Positions 16,362 to 21,412 of a DNA stretch of 64,000 nt are shown in pieces. The notes below the pieces were generated by a model. The model made no database searches, had not been told where the DNA came from, and saw only the letters and a program-made list of their open reading frames with translations. Position 1 is the stretch's first letter. Each line of letters opens with the position of its first letter. Origin of the DNA: Patescibacteria group bacterium (GTDB taxonomy: Bacteria > Patescibacteriota > Patescibacteriia > Magasanikbacterales > GWA2-37-8); assembly GCA_004321885.1 (NCBI GenBank), contig SCQK01000013.1, positions 64,001 to 128,000 of the forward strand. Direction: 5' to 3'. The position numbers and the translations under genes are program-made.

Positions 16362-17836
16362 ATTTTTCTCACAACCCCACTTGTCGCGTCAACCTTCACC
16401 ATATCGCCGTCTTTGAGTACGGAAGTGATTTTTTTCACGCCCACCACGCAGGGAATTTTAAATTCGCGCGCCACAATGGCCGCATGGCAAGTGATGCCGC
16501 CGTCCTCCGTCACGATAGCCGAGGCGCGTTTCATAGCCGGCAACATCGCCGGATAAGTCGTGAGCGCCAACATAATATCTCCTTTTTCCACCTTATCCGC
16601 GTCTGTTAACGATAGAACAACTTTTACTTTGCCTGAAACAAAACCCGGATACGCGGTGGCGCCCTTAAATCCGTCTTCAACATTTAATTTTATTTCTTCA
16701 ATATCCAAGCCGGCTATAATCGCGTCGGCCTCTTTGCCGTAATAATACTTTGTTCCGCTTTCAGTCGCTTCAATCACGCAATGCTTAATTCTCTCATTTA
16801 TTAAATCAATGTCCAATTTGTCACGCAATAGAGCGTTTTCCATTTCGTCCGTCAAAAAATGATTCGCTTGTTTATGCGATATATTCAATCGCTTGGCAAT
16901 TTCTTTGGTGAGCATGTCCAAAACATAGTGCCCATGCCAAATACAATATTTTCTGAGATCCTTAAGCCAAATAATCTCGCGGGCGATGGCGAACAATCGC
17001 GCGAGCTGCGGGGGCAAGTTGATTTCGGAAATTACTTTATTTTGTTCCGCGATGAGTTTCTCGTAGCGTTCTTTTTCTTCTTTGAGCATTTGGTCCGGGT
17101 CAGTTACGCGAGGCAGGGCTTCCTTAACCTGCTCTTCATAATATTTCAAATCATAAGCCGGCCCGATATAGCCGTATGGCGTCCAGCGCCATTTTTGCCA
17201 ATGCTTTGTTATTAATTCTTTGTACTGGATTCCCGCTTTCGCGGGAATGACAACGGCCTTAAGCAACTCCAAAAAATCCAATTGCTCCAACTGGACAAAA
17301 TTCTGTTTAGCCGGAGTGGTAAGCAGAACAAAATATTCTATTGTTTTTACCGGATCATCTATGCCTAAACTTTTTAAATGTTCTCCTAATTTTTGCTTTA
17401 AATACTCCGAAAAAATCATGCCGTCGCTGTCCACAAACCAAGTGGTGGCGATTGATGGAAGATGACCTTGCTCGGTAAGCCATAAAAGCGTTTTGTAGTA
17501 ATCAAAAAGCTCGGCATTGTTTAGCGCGCCAAAATCTTTTCCCACCAAACTTTGAGCGTAATTAAAATAATCCCAATTTAATTTTTCGGTTCGCGCATGC
17601 AATTCCTCTGCCCACTGCGGCTCGGTAATAATTTTTTCCGCAATCCATTTCACCGTCGTTTCTATTACTTCAACCGGCACATACGCCGTATCCCTGTCGT
17701 TTCTATAATCTTGATACCAAACAGTAAATAATTGTTTGCCATTCTTTTTTGGAATATGCGCAAAAATCCCTTGGGGGTAATAGCCCAGCATGTTAAAATT
17801 CACGTCGCGGATATCAAAATTTATTCGCCATTTCAT
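16358..17836 (-). CDS. Paralog 4: unknown N-terminal domain (about 390 aa) plus C-terminal PEP-utilizing swivel domain
   Basis: ...ATAYPGFVSGKVKVVLSLTDADKVEKGDIMLALTTYPAMLPAMKRASAIVTEDGGITCHAAIVAREFKIPCVVGVKKITSVLKDGDMVKVDATSGVVRKI. Confidence 0.75.
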   Translation of the reverse strand: MKWRINFDIRDVNFNMLGYYPQGIFAHIPKKNGKQLFTVWYQDYRNDRDTAYVPVEVIETTVKWIAEKIITEPQWAEELHARTEKLNWDYFNYAQSLVGKDFGALNNAELFDYYKTLLWLTEQGHLPSIATTWFVDSDGMIFSEYLKQKLGEHLKSLGIDDPVKTIEYFVLLTTPAKQNFVQLEQLDFLELLKAVVIPAKAGIQYKELITKHWQKWRWTPYGYIGPAYDLKYYEEQVKEALPRVTDPDQMLKEEKERYEKLIAEQNKVISEINLPPQLARLFAIAREIIWLKDLRKYCIWHGHYVLDMLTKEIAKRLNISHKQANHFLTDEMENALLRDKLDIDLINERIKHCVIEATESGTKYYYGKEADAIIAGLDIEEIKLNVEDGFKGATAYPGFVSGKVKVVLSLTDADKVEKGDIMLALTTYPAMLPAMKRASAIVTEDGGITCHAAIVAREFKIPCVVGVKKITSVLKDGDMVKVDATSGVVRKI

Positions 17837-17838
17837 AT

Positions 17839-18882
17839 TTATCCGAAGTAGTTTTTCACCGCGAATTCAAATTGCTGGACAAATAATTCCTTAAAGTAGC
17901 GCAAACTATTTTGTTCGTAAAATAAAAGCAACGCCTTCTTGTATTCGGCGCTATCAACGCTTCTAAACGACAAAGGACACCAGTCATGCGCCAAGAGAAT
18001 CGCATTGCCCAAAATTCTGCCTGTTCTTTTATTTCCATCCACGAACGGCTGAATATATGAAATCATCGCCGCCGCGATTATGGCCTTGATTATCGGTTGC
18101 TCCTCTGTATTTACCGCGGAAATCATTTTTTCCATCGCTTCTTTTATTTGGAATTGGTTGTCTATCGGCTTATAATTTGTGCCGACAATACCCACTACAA
18201 TCTTCCTGTAATCATCCGTCACGCCCAAATCTTTTATCAACAAAGAATGCAGGGCGCGTATCAGCGCGGCGGTCGGTTTCTTGAATTTATTTTTATTTTT
18301 CAAAACAAAATCAAGCGCGTATTTATGATTCAATATCATCGTCGCCTCCGCTTTAGTGTGCCCTTTCGCCTCTTTCATTTCCTTTAACAATACTTCCGTA
18401 TCCAATAACGAATAAGTATTACCTTCAAGTTCAGATGATTTCCAGCTCAATTCAATCAAAAGTCGCTCTAATTCTTTTTGAGCGACATCGACCGCCATTT
18501 TGTCTGTTTTTTGTTGATACGCCTTGTTGCGCTTTTCTAAATCTTTTAATTCTTCCTTGTTAAACAAGCCGGATAAATGGTCAAAAATTTCCCAGTCAAA
18601 TCTGTATTTTATTTTTCTTTCATCCACCGGAACCGCAAAATAATCCGCGGCATTAACATAACGCAGAAGCGGAGTTTTAATTTTTGACGAATATGTGACA
18701 CTGCGAGCCTTGCCTCTCTTTTCTATCTGTCCGATCGAGAGTAAAATTTCCAATTCACGCAGGATTGTCGGTTTTGACAATCTGTCAAATTTACCCGCTA
18801 ATCCTTTAATAAGTTCGGCCGCTGTTACCTGTTCATTAGCCTGTACAAATTCCAAAATCGCTTTTTGACGTTTTGTAAGCAT
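17839..18882 (-). CDS. Fic/DOC family protein with N-terminal winged-HTH; the core motif is degenerate (QPFVDGNKRTGR instead of HPFxDGNGRxxR)
   Basis: MLTKRQKAILEFVQANEQVTAAELIKGL... (wHTH); ...AAAMISYIQPFVDGNKRTGRILGNAILLAH carries Gln where the catalytic His belongs and Lys in place of the second Gly. Confidence 0.7.
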   Translation of the reverse strand: MLTKRQKAILEFVQANEQVTAAELIKGLAGKFDRLSKPTILRELEILLSIGQIEKRGKARSVTYSSKIKTPLLRYVNAADYFAVPVDERKIKYRFDWEIFDHLSGLFNKEELKDLEKRNKAYQQKTDKMAVDVAQKELERLLIELSWKSSELEGNTYSLLDTEVLLKEMKEAKGHTKAEATMILNHKYALDFVLKNKNKFKKPTAALIRALHSLLIKDLGVTDDYRKIVVGIVGTNYKPIDNQFQIKEAMEKMISAVNTEEQPIIKAIIAAAMISYIQPFVDGNKRTGRILGNAILLAHDWCPLSFRSVDSAEYKKALLLFYEQNSLRYFKELFVQQFEFAVKNYFG

Positions 18883-18984
18883 ATATTATAGGCAGAGCAT
18901 ATAATTTTATCGGCCTCGCAAACCCGAATAGAATCGGGTTTGTCTCGGCCTTAATAAAATTATTGTCTCATTTTTATAGTTTAA

Positions 18985-19003
18985 TTGTATCATAATGATA
19001 CAA
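18985..19003. promoter_or_regulatory. Perfect 19-bp palindrome TTGTATCATAATGATACAA upstream of the Fic gene (candidate operator)
   Basis: Read directly. It lies in the Fic promoter region about 100 nt upstream of its ATG and just downstream of mnmA. Confidence 0.35.
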
Positions 19004-19004
19004 T

Positions 19005-20186
19005 TCAAGCAATCACTCCCCCGCCCAAACATTCACCTTTAAGATAAAATACCGCGAACTGACCCGGGGTGACGGCGCGTTGGGGGTGAGTGAAAGTAAC
19101 TAAAGGGAGGGAAACAGTGCATCTCTGCAAAGGTTGACGGTGACGCAGGCGCACCTGGCATTTTAGCGGGAAATTGGGTGTGTTTCCACTTATCCAATTT
19201 ACGTCTTTGACCCTTGCTTCCATACTGTACAGCATATCGCTTTTCTCGTCGCCGACAATCAGTTCGTTCTTTTTTATATTCTTACCGACAACAAAGAGAG
19301 GCAACGCGCTGGATTCCCCCGTACTTAGTCGGGGGAATGACAAACTGATACGTTGGCCGATGGTGTAAAACGCCAGGCCATCGTGCTGGCCCACGACTTT
19401 ACCCCTCTCTCGCCACCGCCGCGAGGCGGGGCCCCGCCGTGGCGGTGGCTCTCCCCTTGTAAAGGGGAGAGAGAGCACTATGTTCCCGGGTTTGAATTTT
19501 ATCTTTTTCATCAAAAATTCTTTCATCGGCACTTCGCCGATGAAACAAATGCCCATGCTTTCTTCTTTTTCCGCCGTGGGCAAGCCGAATTTTTTTGCCA
19601 GGGCGCGCACCTGTGGTTTGGCATACTCACCGATGGGAAACAAAACGTGGCGCAGTTGTGCTTGAGATAATTGATTCAAAAAATATGTTTGGTCTTTATT
19701 GAGATCTTTTGACTGCAAGAGGTGCAGAACCCCACCCCCCTTTCGTTCCCCCTTTATTAAGGGAGGAAGAAACGCGTAGTGTCCAGTCGCTAATTTATCA
19801 AACCCTAACGCACGGGCTTTATCCAGCCAGGCGCCAAACTTGATGAATTTATTGCACAAAACATCCGGATTGGGCGTGCGGCCGGCCTTGTACTCGCTAT
19901 ACATGTAATCCAAAACATCGCGCTTGTATTTGCGCGTAAAATCCAGCTTCAAAAGTTTAATGCCCAGTTTGGCGGCCACGCGCAAGGCGTCGCGATAATC
20001 GCCGGTCCAACAGCGCGATCCCACCCCCCCTTCGCCCCCCCCTCTGGCATGAGGGGATATTTTCTCATCATAGTTCACCATGAACGCGCCGCTTACGTTA
20101 TATCCTTGCTTAACCAAAAGAGCGGCGGCAACGGACGAATCCACGCCGCCGGACATGGCGACTAAAATTTTTTGCTTTTTTTTCAT
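19005..20186 (-). CDS. mnmA: tRNA-specific 2-thiouridylase MnmA, carrying four in-frame palindromic-element inserts
   Basis: ILVAMSGGVDSSVAAALLVKQGYNV (PP-loop), GRTPNPDVLCN, NKDQTYFL, GLPTAEKEESMGICFIG. Non-homologous inserts ISPHARGGGEGGVGSR, PPLIKGERKGGGV, LPFTRGEPPPRRGPASRRWRERGKVVG and SLSFPRLSTGESSA map onto elements at 20022-20057, 19736-19776, 19395-19475 and 19311-19341. Confidence 0.85.
   Translation of the reverse strand: MKKKQKILVAMSGGVDSSVAAALLVKQGYNVSGAFMVNYDEKISPHARGGGEGGVGSRCWTGDYRDALRVAAKLGIKLLKLDFTRKYKRDVLDYMYSEYKAGRTPNPDVLCNKFIKFGAWLDKARALGFDKLATGHYAFLPPLIKGERKGGGVLHLLQSKDLNKDQTYFLNQLSQAQLRHVLFPIGEYAKPQVRALAKKFGLPTAEKEESMGICFIGEVPMKEFLMKKIKFKPGNIVLSLPFTRGEPPPRRGPASRRWRERGKVVGQHDGLAFYTIGQRISLSFPRLSTGESSALPLFVVGKNIKKNELIVGDEKSDMLYSMEARVKDVNWISGNTPNFPLKCQVRLRHRQPLQRCTVSLPLVTFTHPQRAVTPGQFAVFYLKGECLGGGVIA
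19311..19341. repeat. Palindromic element, family A (reverse orientation), in frame in mnmA
   Basis: ggattcccccgtacttagtcgggggaatgac is the reverse complement of the alaS copy. Confidence 0.7.
19395..19475. repeat. Compound palindromic element, family D type (…CTCTCCCCTTGTAAAGGGGAGAGAG), in frame in mnmA
   Basis: cccctctctcgccaccgccgcgaggcggggccccgccgtggcggtggctctccccttgtaaaggggagagagag; nested inverted repeats. Confidence 0.6.
19736..19776. repeat. Palindromic element, family D type (CCCCCTTTATTAAGGGAGG), in frame in mnmA
   Basis: ccacccccctttcgttccccctttattaagggaggaag. Confidence 0.55.
20022..20057. repeat. Poly-C/poly-G palindromic element in frame in mnmA
   Basis: cccaccccccccttcgccccccccctctggcatgagggg. 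Confidence 0.5.
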
Positions 20187-20200
20187 AACAATATAATACC

Positions 20201-20236
20201 ACACAAAACAAAAACTGCCAGCCTTGCGGCCGGCAG
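20201..20236 (-). terminator. Terminator hairpin CTGCCAGCCTTGCGGCCGGCAG with a minus-strand T-run, downstream of the zinc-ribbon gene
   Basis: Inverted repeat 20215-20236; RC of 20201-20214 is TTTTTGTTTTGTGT. Confidence 0.55.
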
Positions 20237-20253
20237 TTTCTTGTTTGCAGTAA

Positions 20254-20565
20254 TTACCTATCGCGCCTGGCCCGCAGACATTCTCTGCAGTAAACCGGCT
20301 TGTCGCCGGTGGGCTGGAAGGGCAACTCGGTGATCTTGCCTCCGCACTGGGCGCAGGTCAAGTCCACCTGGTACATCTGGCGCGGAGCGCCAAACGAGCG
20401 TCCGCCGCCGCTCGGGCGGGTCTGGCGGTACGCGCGATTGCATTCATTGCAATACACGGGTCTGTCGCCGGACGGCTGGAAGGGCAGCTGTGAAATATGG
20501 GTCCCGCATTTGCCGCAGGAAAGGTCCACATCGTACATCTGCCTAGTGCTGTTGTCAAAAGCCAT
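20254..20565 (-). CDS. Small tandem zinc-ribbon protein (two CxxC-x17-CxxC repeats) in a high-GC islet
   Basis: QMYDVDLSCGKCGTHISQLPFQPSGDRPVYCNECNR and QMYQVDLTCAQCGGKITELPFQPTGDKPVYCRECLR form an internal duplication. Local GC far above background. Confidence 0.55.
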   Translation of the reverse strand: MAFDNSTRQMYDVDLSCGKCGTHISQLPFQPSGDRPVYCNECNRAYRQTRPSGGGRSFGAPRQMYQVDLTCAQCGGKITELPFQPTGDKPVYCRECLRARRDR

Positions 20566-20881
20566 AACTTTGCTGTTTTTGTTCCCAAAATGTGTTTTGA
20601 GATTGTTTTAGTCGACCTATTTTGGGAACTTTGGCCGAAAACCGGCCTTTTTTAACGTTTCCAAAATTTGTTAAATTATATCACAAAAGCCTGATTTTGT
20701 CAATATCCCCCTAATTTTATCCACAACTATTCCACCAGGCGGCTATTGACAAAAAAACTTATTTGTGATACATATCTGGTATCTTACAATCAAGCCCGGA
20801 GAATGTTTGGCATAAGGAGAAGCGTCCCCTCCTTCGCTTCTTTCCTTTTGTCAAACATCTTCCGGGTTTTTTGTTTGCAGA

Positions 20882-20910
20882 TTGACATTTGGATAAAAAT
20901 TTTATACAAT
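20882..20910 (+). promoter_or_regulatory. Sigma70-type promoter TTGACA-N17-TACAAT upstream of the tRNA-Asp locus
   Basis: ttgaca (20882-20887), 17-nt spacer, tacaat (20905-20910); first tRNA-like sequence begins at 20930. Confidence 0.6.
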
Positions 20911-20929
20911 GAAGCCAACAATTTAACTT

Positions 20930-20984
20930 GGGTCGGTAGTTCAACTGGTTAGAGCATCCCGACTGAGTCGGGAAAGTTGCGGGT
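20930..20984 (+). pseudogene. tRNA-Asp-like 5' fragment with the anticodon arm replaced by the palindrome TCCCGACTGAGTCGGGA, truncated in the T-stem by the GIY-YIG ORF
   Basis: GGGTCGGTAGTTCAACTGGTTAGAGCA is identical to positions 1-26 of the intact tRNA-Asp at 21251. Then the 17-nt palindrome, AAGTTGCGGGT, and the sequence diverges into ATGGAGG (start of the GIY-YIG ORF). Confidence 0.6.
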
Positions 20985-21245
20985 ATGGAGGTAATTTTAT
21001 ATTATATTTACAGTAAAAAACTGAATAAATACTACTTAGGAAAAACCAATGATTTGGAGCGACGTTTTATAGAGCATAATAACGGTGAAGAAATTTTTAC
21101 CAGAACTGGTATTCCATGGAAATTAGTTGGATTTATTAAAGCCAGCGCGAAGATAATTAGTAAATTAGAGTATAAACTAAAAAAAGCAAAAAATCCAAAA
21201 TACGTTTATTGGTATTTCAATCAACACGGAACTGTATTGGAATAA
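20985..21245 (+). CDS. Small GIY-YIG nuclease (COG2827/YhbQ-Slx1-like) nested in the tRNA-Asp locus
   Basis: MEVILYYIYSKKLNKYYLGKTNDLERRFIEHNNGEE... matches GIY-x10-YLG-x-T-NDLERR-x3-H-N of the GIY-YIG (URI) domain; 86 aa. Confidence 0.7.
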   Translation: MEVILYYIYSKKLNKYYLGKTNDLERRFIEHNNGEEIFTRTGIPWKLVGFIKASAKIISKLEYKLKKAKNPKYVYWYFNQHGTVLE

Positions 21246-21250
21246 TGAGC

Positions 21251-21324
21251 GGGTCGGTAGTTCAACTGGTTAGAGCACTGCCCTGTCACGGCAGAAGTTG
21301 CGGGTTCGAGTCCCGTCCGACCCG
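21251..21324 (+). tRNA. tRNA-Asp (anticodon GTC)
   Basis: GGGTCGG-TA-GTTC-AACTGGTTA-GAGC-A-CTGCC-CTGTCAC-GGCAG-AAGTT-GCGGG-TTCGAGT-CCCGT-CCGACCC-G. Cloverleaf with U33, A37, anticodon GUC. Confidence 0.85.
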
Positions 21325-21345
21325 CTTATTATTCCATCAAAGCAA

Positions 21346-21406
21346 GCTGGTTAGAGCATCCCGACTGAGTCGGGAAAGTTGCGGGTTCGAGTCCCGTCCG
21401 ACCCGC
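21346..21406 (+). pseudogene. tRNA-Asp-like 3' fragment (D-loop to 3' end) with a palindrome replacing the anticodon arm
   Basis: AGCTGGTTAGAGCA-TCCCGACTGAGTCGGGA-AAGTT-GCGGGTTCGAGTCCCGTCCGACCCGC; lacks acceptor and D-stem 5' strands. Together with the 20930 fragment it reconstructs one variant tRNA. Confidence 0.6.
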
Positions 21407-21412
21407 ATAAAA

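Noticed and set aside
20961-20977. Functional tRNA-Ser(UGA)-like anticodon in the tRNA fragments (loop ACUGAGU)
   Set aside because: Position 33 is C rather than the near-universal U, there is no long variable arm, and the identical 17-mer is a dispersed palindrome. More likely element insertion than a genuine anticodon arm.
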